From Erysipelotrichaceae bacterium (GTDB lineage: Bacteria > Bacillota_I > Bacilli_A > RFN20 > DUOF01): 64,000 nt of DNA. Positions within the stretch are counted from its first letter, which is position 1. Each line of letters opens with the position of its first letter. This document shows, one piece after another, positions 9,940 to 19,734 of this stretch. The notes under the pieces are model-generated. The model saw only the letters and a list, made by a program, of their open reading frames with translations. It had not been told where the DNA came from and made no database searches. Position numbers and translations under genes: made by a program. The DNA is taken from the NCBI GenBank assembly GCA_015058985.1, contig SVBH01000004.1, positions 2,383 to 66,382 of the forward strand. The letters are read 5' to 3'.

Positions 9940-11463
9940 ATGAAAAAATTTAACAAAATTTGTGCTTTCCTTCTAACTGCAACACTTCTTGTTGGATGTG
10001 GAAAAGAAAAAGACAAAACTGTTTCAGCATTACCAAGCAATGGTTCTACAAGCGTTGCTACTTCTGGAAAAGAAAAAACAGGTACATTTGAAAAATTGTA
10101 CCAAACACTATATTCTGACAGTAAAGTAATGGATCATATTTTTGATGAAATTGCTAAGCAAGAATTATTAAAAGGTATGGAACAAACAGAATTAGATGCA
10201 ATTATCGCTGAAAGAAGACAAGAAACTTTAGAAGATTTTGCTGAAAAAGATGAATATAAAGATACAAGTTTAACAAATGGAGTTATTTCTCTATTCAACG
10301 AAAAACTTTTAGTTAGAGAATTAAGATTATCTGGATTAAACATTCCTTGTGCAAACAATGAATATGGACCAGAAATCAATGCTGATTACACTTATAAAGA
10401 AGGAAAAGTATTTAAATGTGATTACACTGAATACTTTGAAAAGAAAGTTGATTCAGCTATTCTTCAACACTTACTAATTGAAAAATACATTAGAGAAGTA
10501 AAACCTAACACCTTAGATAAAAATGAAACTGTTAAAGTTAAATACTTAGCTATTCCTTCTGCTGATTACGAATATTTAGCAGAAAAAGATCCACTTGTTT
10601 CATATGTTGAATTAGAAGCTGGAGTTACTCCTGCAATCGGACATTATGTTAAAACTGGTGAAAATACTTATGTTGAAATAACTGCAAGTAACTCTACTGA
10701 ATATTTAGGTACAGGAACTTACACATATTACACAAAAGTTGAAACTCCTCAATATGAAAAAGCAACTGCAAGAACAAAACAATTTATGATTGATGCAGTT
10801 AAAGCTCTAGTCGAAGGAAAAACTTTAGAAGAAATCGAAGAAACTTGGGAAGCAAATAAAAAAGAAGTTGAACAATTCACTTACGAAAAAGCATGTCCAT
10901 TTGACGCTGATAAAGTTAACAAAAATTATGACCACGCAAATGCAGAAAACGCATGTAGTGAATATACTAATAAAGGTTCATATCCTGATTATGTAGGCTA
11001 TGCATTAAAACTTCATAATATTGAGAAAGCTGAATATGTATTAGAAGAAGTAATTGATTCTTCTTCATCAATCTTAAATGCTGATATCGTTACAAGTTTA
11101 TTTGCTGATAACACTGAAGAAAGATTACATACTTTAGTTGAAGGAAGTAATACTAAATACTTAGTTTCTTCATCAGTTGCAACAGGAAAAACATTCTCTG
11201 CAAATGATATCATCATTAGTGATTCTACTAACAGTAAATATTATATTATCCAAGTTGAATTAATTAATTCTGAATTAGATGGCGAAGTGGCTGCTGAAGC
11301 TGCACTAAAAGATGAAGGAATCTACTATTTAGCAGATACAAATTCTTCAATCATCTCTGCTGCATTAGAATTTTATTTAACTCAATATGATATCACAGTT
11401 CATGATGAAGCATTCTATGATTATTTAGATGTAACTTATCCAAAAATTGAATTTGATTACTAA
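9940..11463 (+). CDS. Lipoprotein, possibly a degenerate PrsA-like paralog
   Basis: Lipobox LVGC; 3 nt downstream of the previous gene; similar helical N- and C-terminal segments. Confidence 0.55.
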   Translation: MKKFNKICAFLLTATLLVGCGKEKDKTVSALPSNGSTSVATSGKEKTGTFEKLYQTLYSDSKVMDHIFDEIAKQELLKGMEQTELDAIIAERRQETLEDFAEKDEYKDTSLTNGVISLFNEKLLVRELRLSGLNIPCANNEYGPEINADYTYKEGKVFKCDYTEYFEKKVDSAILQHLLIEKYIREVKPNTLDKNETVKVKYLAIPSADYEYLAEKDPLVSYVELEAGVTPAIGHYVKTGENTYVEITASNSTEYLGTGTYTYYTKVETPQYEKATARTKQFMIDAVKALVEGKTLEEIEETWEANKKEVEQFTYEKACPFDADKVNKNYDHANAENACSEYTNKGSYPDYVGYALKLHNIEKAEYVLEEVIDSSSSILNADIVTSLFADNTEERLHTLVEGSNTKYLVSSSVATGKTFSANDIIISDSTNSKYYIIQVELINSELDGEVAAEAALKDEGIYYLADTNSSIISAALEFYLTQYDITVHDEAFYDYLDVTYPKIEFDY

Positions 11464-11491
11464 TAAAAAAGGAAGATTAACTTCCTTTTTT
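11464..11491 (+). terminator. Intrinsic terminator
   Basis: aaaaaaggaag-attaa-cttcctttttt. Confidence 0.8.
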
Positions 11492-11531
11492 ATTTTGGAT
11501 TTATTCAACAAAAAAAGGCACATTGTGCCTT

Positions 11532-11744
11532 TTATTTTTTTATTCCTAATAATTCTTTATACATTAAAACGCAAATTGTATAAATTGTACTAACTACTAA
11601 CCATCTTCTAGATTTATCAAATAAAATAAAATCAATAGGTTTTCCAAATTTGTTAATCAATAATGTTGTTGCAAATAAAACCATAGCAGCTAATCCAATT
11701 CCTAAAAATACATAGTATGCAACATTTTTATTTCCTTTTTTCAT
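11532..11744 (-). CDS. Small two-TM hypothetical membrane protein
   Basis: GAGG RBS, two hydrophobic segments, own terminator. Confidence 0.7.
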   Translation of the reverse strand: MKKGNKNVAYYVFLGIGLAAMVLFATTLLINKFGKPIDFILFDKSRRWLVVSTIYTICVLMYKELLGIKK

Positions 11745-11811
11745 AATATTCCTCTTTTCTTACTCTCACATTCTATCAAAATAATAATTAGTTTTCAACC
11801 TTTGCTTCTTT

Positions 11812-12576
11812 TTAGTTTTCCCCAGAAGTATCCATTTTCAAAAGACTAATACTTGCTTGATAATCTTTTTGCCAATTCTTCTCTTTCTCACTTATTAAAG
11901 AATCCATTGATTCATACAAGTTAGTAATGAAATCTACAATATCAGTATCTTTATTATCAACAGCAAACATAGAAATTACACTCTCAACCTTTTCTAAAAT
12001 TAACTTAAGTTCTTCATCCTCAGTTTTAACTCTATCTTTGAAAAAATAATACAAACTTACAAGAGATATATATTGCTTATCATTATTAGTTACCAAAGAT
12101 ACATTTTTTTGCTGTAATAAATTAACCAACAAGATATAGCTATAAAGAATAATAAAATATTCATGACTTGATTTAGACAACTCTATGATTTCTTTATTAA
12201 GATTTTCAAAAACATTAATGTTATAATCTAAAATATCATAAACAACGTAATAATTACCAATTAATTGTTCTAATAATTCAACATTATCTTGATCAAAACG
12301 AGAAATATTATCATCTTCTACTTTTAGATACTTACAATCCACAAAAATATCTCTATACATATTGTAAAGATTATTGTAAATGTTTTGACCGGCTTCCTTA
12401 TTAGCTCTAAGCATATCAACAAAAGGTCCCTCTCTTAAAGATTCTTCCAGTAATGATTTTCTCAAATAAAATATATGAGGTTGGTAAGAAACATTAAGAA
12501 GAGCATACTCAGCACTATCTCTAATAGCAAGTAACATTTGATACATCTTCATAATAACATGATTTTCAATATTCAT
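11812..12576 (-). CDS. Hypothetical helical protein
   Basis: 254-aa ORF with GGTGA RBS; no motif recognised. Confidence 0.7.
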   Translation of the reverse strand: MNIENHVIMKMYQMLLAIRDSAEYALLNVSYQPHIFYLRKSLLEESLREGPFVDMLRANKEAGQNIYNNLYNMYRDIFVDCKYLKVEDDNISRFDQDNVELLEQLIGNYYVVYDILDYNINVFENLNKEIIELSKSSHEYFIILYSYILLVNLLQQKNVSLVTNNDKQYISLVSLYYFFKDRVKTEDEELKLILEKVESVISMFAVDNKDTDIVDFITNLYESMDSLISEKEKNWQKDYQASISLLKMDTSGEN

Positions 12577-12611
12577 TCTCTATCACCAAAAGGAATTATA
12601 TCATATTTTAC

Positions 12612-13400
12612 TCAATATAAATAGTTTTCTATTTCCATAAACTCATCAATTATATTTTTTGCTTTAGCTTGAACCTCTTTTTCTGCATAAGAGAAACTAA
12701 TCGAATTATTAAATAATTCGAACATTGATAAATCATTGTAACTATCTCCAATTACTAAAACTTCATTTTTATCGATGCCTAAATTATTAATTAGATTTAA
12801 CACAGCATTTCCCTTATTACATCCTAAAGGGCTTATTTCTATTCCTTCTTTGTAAAAATAAAATGTTGCTTCTTTAACAAGATCAAGTATTTCTTCCTTA
12901 AAAATAATCAAATCATCGTGTTTTTGAAAATAAATTAATACTTTACATATTTCTATATTAAGATTTTTTTTAAAATTAATTTTGCTCAATTTATTAACAT
13001 ATTTTTTTCTCCTTTTTTTCAAAAAAGAAGACATATAAAAAAAGAATTTATTTTTGAAAGAATATAAAACTCCATCTTTGCCTGATACAATCATAATATA
13101 AGGTTTATTAAACTTTTTCAGTCTCTTTTTTAAAACATCAATTAGTCTATCATCAATAGTTCCTAACAAATGATTAAAACCATTTAAACTTCCATTTAAG
13201 GATAAATCATAGCATTTAAAACCTAATTTATTACTTACATAATCACAATAAATAGGTCCTCTCCCTGTTACAACAGCAACTATTCCATTTTTATTGTGAA
13301 AACGTTGTAAAACTTTTATATTTTCTTTCTCAATTAATTCTTTTTTATTTTCTTTTGTAAATAAAGTTCCATCTAAATCAGTGGCTATTAATTTGATCAT
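12612..13400 (-). CDS. Cof-type HAD hydrolase
   Basis: 'IATDLDGTL', 'TGR', 'NKGNA', 'GDSYNDLSM'. Confidence 0.92.
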   Translation of the reverse strand: MIKLIATDLDGTLFTKENKKELIEKENIKVLQRFHNKNGIVAVVTGRGPIYCDYVSNKLGFKCYDLSLNGSLNGFNHLLGTIDDRLIDVLKKRLKKFNKPYIMIVSGKDGVLYSFKNKFFFYMSSFLKKRRKKYVNKLSKINFKKNLNIEICKVLIYFQKHDDLIIFKEEILDLVKEATFYFYKEGIEISPLGCNKGNAVLNLINNLGIDKNEVLVIGDSYNDLSMFELFNNSISFSYAEKEVQAKAKNIIDEFMEIENYLY

Positions 13401-13812
13401 TTATTACCCTTTCAACATATTTTTTCAAATCTTTCTCACATTTCGCAGGCATAAAAGTTTCTTTCTTTACTAAATTCAAAGGTAATCTATCAGGTATATG
13501 TAAATTATTAGGATTTTCTTCCTCGTATTCTTCACCTGAACCCTTTCCTAATTTTCCTCCTACAATGCGACATAAAAATAGATAATGGTAATTACCATAT
13601 TCACTTTCATCATATTCACCAAATGGCTTAATTATTTCTACTTTTAAACTTAATTCTTCTTCTACTTCTCTAATTACAGCTTGTTCAGGAGTTTCATTTT
13701 CTTCAATTCCTCCACCAGGAATGGAATAATAAACTCCCCATTTCTTTGTAATTCTTTTTAATAAGTAAATATATCCATCTTCTATTATAATTGCTCTTGC
13801 AGTTCTTCTCAT
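13378..13812 (-). CDS. NUDIX hydrolase
   Basis: Nudix box 'PGGGIEENETPEQAVIREVEEEL'. Confidence 0.92.
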   Translation of the reverse strand: MRRTARAIIIEDGYIYLLKRITKKWGVYYSIPGGGIEENETPEQAVIREVEEELSLKVEIIKPFGEYDESEYGNYHYLFLCRIVGGKLGKGSGEEYEEENPNNLHIPDRLPLNLVKKETFMPAKCEKDLKKYVERVINDQINSH

Positions 13813-14447
13813 TAAAATATCTCCATCTCTCTATATTCTAAAGGTAAAAATTTATACATTAATCCAGGACGATGTCCTTTTACGATTTCTTTTTCACCTG
13901 TTGTTTTTATTAAACCTAAAGACAAAAATTTTCTTCTAAAGTTTCTTCTATCAAATTTAACGTTTAATAAGGTTTCATAAACACTTTGTAGTTGGGGTAA
14001 AGTAAATTTGTCTGGCAACAAAATAGAAGCTATATTGGTCTTTAAAAGTCTCGTTTTCATAACCTCAATAGCTTTATCAAGAATTTCTTTATGATCATAG
14101 GCTAAAAGAGGTAAATCATCTAAATCAAACCATACAAATTCATCACTAATAAGTTGGGCAGATTTTACGATAGTTAAATAAGAAATACCTACCATTCTTT
14201 TCGTAGCAAAACGATATGGATCAGTAAAAGTATAAAATTGTTCCATAGATTCATACATTAAATTACCACACATTTGCAAAGTTTTTTCGACACCTACTGA
14301 AGCAGTTTCATTATTACAAAGTTCTCTAGATAAAAGTTTATAATTTCCTTTAAGATAATTCTTAGCTAATAAAATTTTTACTTTCTTATCAATTATTGTA
14401 AAAACTACCACAATAGTTTCAATTCCTTGATTTTCATAACAATTCAT
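13812..14447 (-). CDS. nrtR: NrtR-type regulator (degenerate Nudix plus winged HTH)
   Basis: 'LAYDHKEIL', 'LLPDKFTLPQLQSVYE', 'DRRNFRRK', 'HRPGLMY'. Confidence 0.85.
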   Translation of the reverse strand: MNCYENQGIETIVVVFTIIDKKVKILLAKNYLKGNYKLLSRELCNNETASVGVEKTLQMCGNLMYESMEQFYTFTDPYRFATKRMVGISYLTIVKSAQLISDEFVWFDLDDLPLLAYDHKEILDKAIEVMKTRLLKTNIASILLPDKFTLPQLQSVYETLLNVKFDRRNFRRKFLSLGLIKTTGEKEIVKGHRPGLMYKFLPLEYREMEIF

Positions 14448-14509
14448 AAAATCACCATTTATAATATAACATCTTTTATAATTTTAAGATATAAAAAAAA
14501 TGACTCTCG

Positions 14510-15040
14510 TCATTTTTTAAATTCCATTTCATATTTTTCTAAAGATCTTTCAATGATTGCTTGAGCAGACTCTCTACCCTCATACCCTAAAATCACAGTA
14601 TGTTTACCTTCAAGCGCCTTATAACTTTCAAAGAAATTAGCTATTTCATCTAATAAATGAGTAGGTAAATCATTAATGTCTCTAAAGTAATTCATTTGCA
14701 AGTCCTTAGCAGCAACAGCGATAATCTTTTCATCACCTTCACCACCATCATTCATTCTTAAAACTCCCAAAGTTGTAGCTTCTACCAAAGATAAAGGTAA
14801 AATAGGTTCTTGGCAAATCAAGACAACATCTAAAGGGTCTCCATCATCACCTAATGTTTTAGGAATAAATCCATAATTTTCAGGATAGATCATTGAAGTA
14901 GATAAAACTCTATCTAGTTTTAATAAACCTGATTCCTTATCTAATTCATATTTATTTTTACTTCCTTTGCTAATTTCTATTACTGCAAGGAATTTATCTC
15001 CTGCAATTCTTTTTTTATCTATATCATGCCATACGTTCAT
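14510..15040 (-). CDS. ppa: Family I inorganic pyrophosphatase
   Basis: 'KNKYELDK', 'YPENYGFIP', 'DGDPLDV', 'DEKII', 'FFESYK'. Confidence 0.96.
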   Translation of the reverse strand: MNVWHDIDKKRIAGDKFLAVIEISKGSKNKYELDKESGLLKLDRVLSTSMIYPENYGFIPKTLGDDGDPLDVVLICQEPILPLSLVEATTLGVLRMNDGGEGDEKIIAVAAKDLQMNYFRDINDLPTHLLDEIANFFESYKALEGKHTVILGYEGRESAQAIIERSLEKYEMEFKK

Positions 15041-15143
15041 AAAAGCCCCTCCATCACAATTATTTTAACAAGAACAAAATAAAATACAATATATTTTAAA
15101 AAAACAATCAACAATGATATAATTAAAAAAAGGAGAATTTAAG

Positions 15144-15467
15144 ATGAAAAGATGTAAAATATGTGGTTATGTAACTTACAATGAAGATGATGACTTTTGC
15201 CTAAAATGTGGGGCAAAAAAAGAAATGCTAATAGATTTAGCCGAGGAAGAAATTGCAAAATTAGAAAGAGCAGACGCCACCAACGACTGCTTAGTAAGAC
15301 TTATGCAACTAGCAGACCAAATGCTAGAGACTGCCGCAGAAGGAGCAGAAGAAAAACTAGATCCTGCTTGTGAAAGAGTTTTTGCAATCACCATAGCGCA
15401 AGCATTATCTATTAAGGAACTTGCAAGAGCAGAAATAGCAAGTCATGTAAAAAAAGATAAATTTTAA
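15144..15467 (+). CDS. Rubredoxin-like zinc/iron ribbon fused to a helical domain
   Basis: 'RCKICGY...FCLKCGA', then 'LDPAC' and 'AEIASHV'. Confidence 0.75.
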   Translation: MKRCKICGYVTYNEDDDFCLKCGAKKEMLIDLAEEEIAKLERADATNDCLVRLMQLADQMLETAAEGAEEKLDPACERVFAITIAQALSIKELARAEIASHVKKDKF

Positions 15468-15492
15468 AAAAGCATTCAAATGAATGCCTTTT

Positions 15493-16203
15493 TTATTGTT
15501 GAGTATTATTATTATTTTGAGGTTTAGGAATATAAGGTAAAATAGAATTCGCTACATCTTCTAAAGTCATAGTTTGTAAGTAAACCTTACCAGGACCAGT
15601 AACCTTAATCAAAGTTAAACCTTCCCCACTATATAAAATATTTCTAAGTCCTTTCACCATTTTCACTTCATACTTACATGTTTCTTCAAATGCAACAATA
15701 TGACCGGTATCTACTAAAAGCTCCTCACCATATCCTAACGACTTTTCTACTATTGCTCCAACAGTTTCAATGAACACTTTTCCATTTCCACTTAATCTTT
15801 GTAAAATAAAACCTTCTCCACCAAAAAGACCCGCGGAGATTTTTTTAGTAAATGTAACAGAACTAGTAACACTGCTTTCCGCTACTAATAAAGCTGTTTT
15901 TTGACAGATAAGACTATGTCCAGGAGAAATTTGAAATCCTTCAATGCTTCCAAAAGATTGCATAGCAAATCCAATCCTTGCACTTTGAACTTGACAAGTA
16001 TATGTAGTCATAAAAACACTTTCTTGTGTAAATAAACGACCTAATGTTTTTAAAAGACCGCCTTTTAAATTGGTATCCATCGTTATCCCATTTTCCATCC
16101 AACACATACCACATGTTTGAGTATAAACAGATTCACCTTTATACAATTCTAATTCAACTGCAGGAAAACTTCCTCCAACAATTTCAAATTTCATATTAAT
16201 CAC
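15493..16203 (-). CDS. AIM24 / TIGR00266 family protein
   Basis: 'GLFGGEGFILQRLSGNG', 'VDTGHIVAF', 'GPGKVYLQT'. Confidence 0.9.
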   Translation of the reverse strand: MINMKFEIVGGSFPAVELELYKGESVYTQTCGMCWMENGITMDTNLKGGLLKTLGRLFTQESVFMTTYTCQVQSARIGFAMQSFGSIEGFQISPGHSLICQKTALLVAESSVTSSVTFTKKISAGLFGGEGFILQRLSGNGKVFIETVGAIVEKSLGYGEELLVDTGHIVAFEETCKYEVKMVKGLRNILYSGEGLTLIKVTGPGKVYLQTMTLEDVANSILPYIPKPQNNNNTQQ

Positions 16204-16242
16204 CTAATATGATTTTAACATAATAAAAAAGTAATTACATTA

Positions 16243-16557
16243 CTATTTTTCTAGTTTGAAACTTTCACAGATTTTATTTTTACTATAATCATCAACTTCA
16301 ATAATATCTTTTTTACAAACAAAATCGACATTATATTTACAATTTTTAGCATCACAACAGACATCATGATCACAATAACAATTCAAAGTTCCAATTTCAG
16401 TAACATAGTTCATTCTTTTTTTCTTACGATAAGTTTCACAATTTGTATCTTCTTTATAAACTGCATTACGATTACTTACATCAATTTCAGAACTCATACA
16501 TCCATTATCATTATAATAACGACAAGATGTTACATTACACTTTATTCTAGCCATCAT
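16243..16557 (-). CDS. DUF1540 Cys-rich protein (two repeats)
   Basis: 'IKCNVTSCRYY..GC...I.V..T.CETY' repeated as 'VCCDAKNCKYN..C..CESF'; start moved to match RBS GAGGTG. Confidence 0.8.
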   Translation of the reverse strand: MMARIKCNVTSCRYYNDNGCMSSEIDVSNRNAVYKEDTNCETYRKKKRMNYVTEIGTLNCYCDHDVCCDAKNCKYNVDFVCKKDIIEVDDYSKNKICESFKLEK

Positions 16558-16571
16558 TTTCACCTCTATTA

Positions 16572-16601
16572 AGATATTCCCCAAAATAGCAAAAATTATA
16601 C
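16572..16601 (-). promoter_or_regulatory. sigmaF/G-like forespore promoter
   Basis: GTATA-15 nt-GGGAATATCT directly upstream of the DUF1540 RBS. Confidence 0.55.
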
Positions 16602-16610
16602 AAAATTACC

Positions 16611-16723
16611 TTGCATAAAAATACCAAATGCTTTACTATATTAACAGCGACTGATACTTGGTTTTAGCCTCCCAAGACTAATACTAGGTTACAGCTAAGA
16701 ATAATAAGAAAGGGGAAACTATA
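16611..16723 (+). promoter_or_regulatory. sigmaA promoter and probable S15 autoregulatory leader
   Basis: TTGCAT-17-TACTAT, followed by ~75 nt of leader with a ctg..ttggt..actag..cag stem before rpsO. Confidence 0.55.
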
Positions 16724-16993
16724 ATGACAATCACTAAAGAACAAGTTCAAAACTTCATTAAACTATATGGAAATAGTGCCAATGATTCAGGATGTGCAGA
16801 AGTTCAAGTTGCTATCTTATCTCAAAGAATTGCAAGTTTAACTGCTCACCTTAAAGTTCACAAAAATGATATTCACTCTAAAAGAGGTCTTATGAAAATG
16901 ATTGGTAAAAGAAGAAGATTATTAAACTATATCAAATCTAAAGATGCTCAAAGATATGTTGATATCATCACAAAATTAGGTTTAAGACGTTAA
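16724..16993 (+). CDS. rpsO: 30S ribosomal protein S15
   Basis: '[13 protein letters not shown]', '[19 protein letters not shown]', 'LGLRR'. Confidence 0.98.
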   Translation: MTITKEQVQNFIKLYGNSANDSGCAEVQVAILSQRIASLTAHLKVHKNDIHSKRGLMKMIGKRRRLLNYIKSKDAQRYVDIITKLGLRR

Positions 16994-16995
16994 TT

Positions 16996-17023
16996 AAAAA
17001 GAGTTCATACGAACTCTTTTTTT
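16996..17023. terminator. Bidirectional intrinsic terminator
   Basis: aaaaagagttc-atac-gaactcttttt. Confidence 0.8.
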
Positions 17024-18032
17024 ATTTCTTTGAAACTACTTGCATTCCATTAGCAACTTCTACTAAAAGTGATGTTGCAACATTCTTGGCATAGATATTA
17101 TATTCTACACCATTGTAAGTGTAAGATAATACACCATTATTATACCAACCAAATCCATTAAATAAATCAACCACTTCTCCTTCTACTTCTAAAATAGAAT
17201 AGAAATCATCAATAGAGGCCATTTTTTGAGTAATTGTAAAATTAGTATCTCCTTGGTAAGTTAAAATATAAGTAGTCTTGCCATTTACGACCGTTTTAGT
17301 TGATTCTTTTAAAGTTGAACTAACATCAGCTCCTGCAGGTAATAAAGGCAAATCTGTAATAGTGGAGGTAACAGTAGAAGTCATTTCTTCTCTACCTTTA
17401 ACCATATTATCATCGACTACAAATTCTTTTTCATCAAAATCTGGATTCAAATCCACTTTAGTAAAAGTAACATTTACTACTATTTGATTTAAATCATTGA
17501 GAATATGAACATAAACAGGATGTAAATCTTTATTAATTTTTATCTCTTGCTTTTTCCATGAAGGAGAATTTTTATATTCTGCAGGAGCACTAATCAAATA
17601 ACCATCAGATACACTTTTAATTGATCCATCTTTTTTTATAACATCAACAATACTATGAAACAAGTATGGTTTAGGACTATTTAAAGGCCAATCAGAACTA
17701 AACTTGTAAACTTGATTTAAGGTTGGAGTTAGCACATAAACTCCTTCACCATTTCTTAATAATATTTGTTGTTGATTAATATTATTATCTAATAAACTAA
17801 TTCTAAATTTGTCTTCTCCATCAGATTTTAAATAACTAACTGCTACATTAAAATTTCTTTGTTCTTCTCCATTTAGCATTTCCATTACTGCTTCCATATA
17901 ATAAGAATCCAATTCTTTAACAACCTTTTTTACCAATTCATCTCTATTGCTTTTAGATGAACAAAACAGTTTCCAAGAACCCAATCCTAATAAACCAATA
18001 ATAAGTAAACCAATAAATATTTTTTTAACCAT
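17022..18032 (-). CDS. YdcC-like LolA-fold sporulation protein
   Basis: 'QQILLRNGEGVYVLTPTLNQVYKFSSDWPLNSPKPYL' matches B. subtilis YdcC; upstream CATAGATT sigmaE-like -10; start moved to 18032. Confidence 0.8.
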   Translation of the reverse strand: MVKKIFIGLLIIGLLGLGSWKLFCSSKSNRDELVKKVVKELDSYYMEAVMEMLNGEEQRNFNVAVSYLKSDGEDKFRISLLDNNINQQQILLRNGEGVYVLTPTLNQVYKFSSDWPLNSPKPYLFHSIVDVIKKDGSIKSVSDGYLISAPAEYKNSPSWKKQEIKINKDLHPVYVHILNDLNQIVVNVTFTKVDLNPDFDEKEFVVDDNMVKGREEMTSTVTSTITDLPLLPAGADVSSTLKESTKTVVNGKTTYILTYQGDTNFTITQKMASIDDFYSILEVEGEVVDLFNGFGWYNNGVLSYTYNGVEYNIYAKNVATSLLVEVANGMQVVSKK

Positions 18033-18092
18033 TTCTATCCTCTCTTTTTCAACTATATTAAAATCTATGTAACACACTTAAAAAAAATAACC

Positions 18093-18121
18093 GTATTAAT
18101 TTAAAAAATGTGAGCATATTA
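18093..18121 (+). promoter_or_regulatory. sigmaG-like promoter
   Basis: GTATT-17 nt-CATATTA upstream of DUF378. Confidence 0.45.
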
Positions 18122-18150
18122 AATAATGTAGTAAAAAGGAGAATGAAAAA

Positions 18151-18387
18151 ATGAATATAGTTCAAAAATCAGCATTAGTATTTACACTTATAGGAGCCAT
18201 TAACTGGGGACTTATTGGAATATTTGATTTCAACTTAGTCAGTTTTATCTTTGGCGATATGACTCTTGTTACTAGAATTATTTATTCCTTAGTAGGTATA
18301 GCAGCTATTATTAACACAATTTTGTTCTTTGTAGATATGGATTATGTTAATGACATGGATAGAGAAAGAGTATATAGAAAAAACTAA
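18151..18387 (+). CDS. DUF378 (YuzA-like) small membrane protein
   Basis: 'IGAINWGLIGIFDFNLVSFIFG...RIIYSLVGIAA'. Confidence 0.92.
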   Translation: MNIVQKSALVFTLIGAINWGLIGIFDFNLVSFIFGDMTLVTRIIYSLVGIAAIINTILFFVDMDYVNDMDRERVYRKN

Positions 18388-18411
18388 AAAAAGAGCCATT
18401 TGGCTCTTTTT
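18386..18411. terminator. Bidirectional intrinsic terminator
   Basis: aaaaaagagcca-tt-tggctcttttt. Confidence 0.75.
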
Positions 18412-18433
18412 ATATTATTCAACCTTTTATTTC

Positions 18434-19636
18434 TTATTCAGCAACTGGAGTGAAGTTAGTTAAGATTTGTTGAGACATCATACCACAGCTTGTAGTTGCT
18501 TCTTTAGCAAATACTTTAGCCCAGTTTCTTACTGTATAGTGGTCTGCTGCTTCTAATCCTTCTAATTGTGCTTCAGTTAATACAGCACCTGCAGCTACTG
18601 CAACACCATCGATAGTTAAAGCTCTAGCTGCAACTTCTCTAGTATCCCATTCTCCATAAGTTGCATTTAATAATGCATATCCATTAGCTGCATCAGCAGT
18701 TAAAGCTGCATTCTTAGCTGCAATTTTAGTAGCCCAGAATTCTTCACCAATGAATGGGAAATTTGTGATATCGTGAGAATAATTATAGCATTTAGAAGCT
18801 TTTTCAGCTGCTGCTCTATTATCAGCTGCAATCTTACTTAATGCAGAAGCTCCTTGAGAGTCATAAGCTGCAGTAATAACGATTTTAACTGGAGTTACAT
18901 AATATAGAACTCCTCCACCATTGATAATTGAGTTAGCAAATGCTAATTTTGCAGTTGGATTATCTTTGATTGCTTCATAAGCAGCAGCTTGGCTACCTAA
19001 TGTTGGTGAATAATTATCGATAGTAGCTAATTTTTCAGCATCAGTACTATCTGCATTTAATACAGTAACTTTACCTGTAACTTGGATTCCATATGAATGA
19101 TAGTAGTCTGCTTCTGTTCCATATCCTGTAGGATAATCAGCATCAGATGCATTTAATTGTCTCCACCAAGTTAAACTTACATTTTCATTTACCATGAATT
19201 GTTGAGCGATTTCTTTTCCACCTTCACCCATTCCATAGAAGATGAATGTATCTGGATCGATAACTAATTCAGCACTTGTGTTTGCAATTTTGATTTCAGT
19301 TTTTCCATTAACTAATTCTGGAACAGCTGTTGCAATAGCAAACATTGAACGATAATTGAATCCTTTTGGAGTTCCATCAGGATGTTGGATATTATCTCCT
19401 TTTAAGAATTCTAATACAGTAGCTTGTTTTAATGCATCATCCCATGCATAAGCACCCATATTAATTCCCTTTCCTTGTTCAGTAGCAGATGCAACGTGAT
19501 CAATACCTAGAATGTATCCATGATCTTCAGCCCATTTTTTGTAATCTGCGTCTGTAACTTTTTCCTTTCCACATGCTGCAAGTGTTGAAGTTAAAACAGC
19601 AACGCTTGCTAATTTTAAAAATCTTTTCATTTTCAT
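18434..19636 (-). CDS. Lipoprotein with a probable PNPOx-like (FMN-binding split barrel) domain
   Basis: Lipobox LAAC; 'MFAIAT', 'ELVIDPDTFIFYG', 'NENVSL', 'GIQVTGKVTVL'. Confidence 0.55.
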   Translation of the reverse strand: MKMKRFLKLASVAVLTSTLAACGKEKVTDADYKKWAEDHGYILGIDHVASATEQGKGINMGAYAWDDALKQATVLEFLKGDNIQHPDGTPKGFNYRSMFAIATAVPELVNGKTEIKIANTSAELVIDPDTFIFYGMGEGGKEIAQQFMVNENVSLTWWRQLNASDADYPTGYGTEADYYHSYGIQVTGKVTVLNADSTDAEKLATIDNYSPTLGSQAAAYEAIKDNPTAKLAFANSIINGGGVLYYVTPVKIVITAAYDSQGASALSKIAADNRAAAEKASKCYNYSHDITNFPFIGEEFWATKIAAKNAALTADAANGYALLNATYGEWDTREVAARALTIDGVAVAAGAVLTEAQLEGLEAADHYTVRNWAKVFAKEATTSCGMMSQQILTNFTPVAE

Positions 19637-19734
19637 TTTTAAAAAGCCTCCTTTTTTAAGAATATTTTAAAATTTACTACTATTTAAGTCAAGTAATATT
19701 TAAATAAAATTAAATCCCTAAAAAAAAGGCATCA

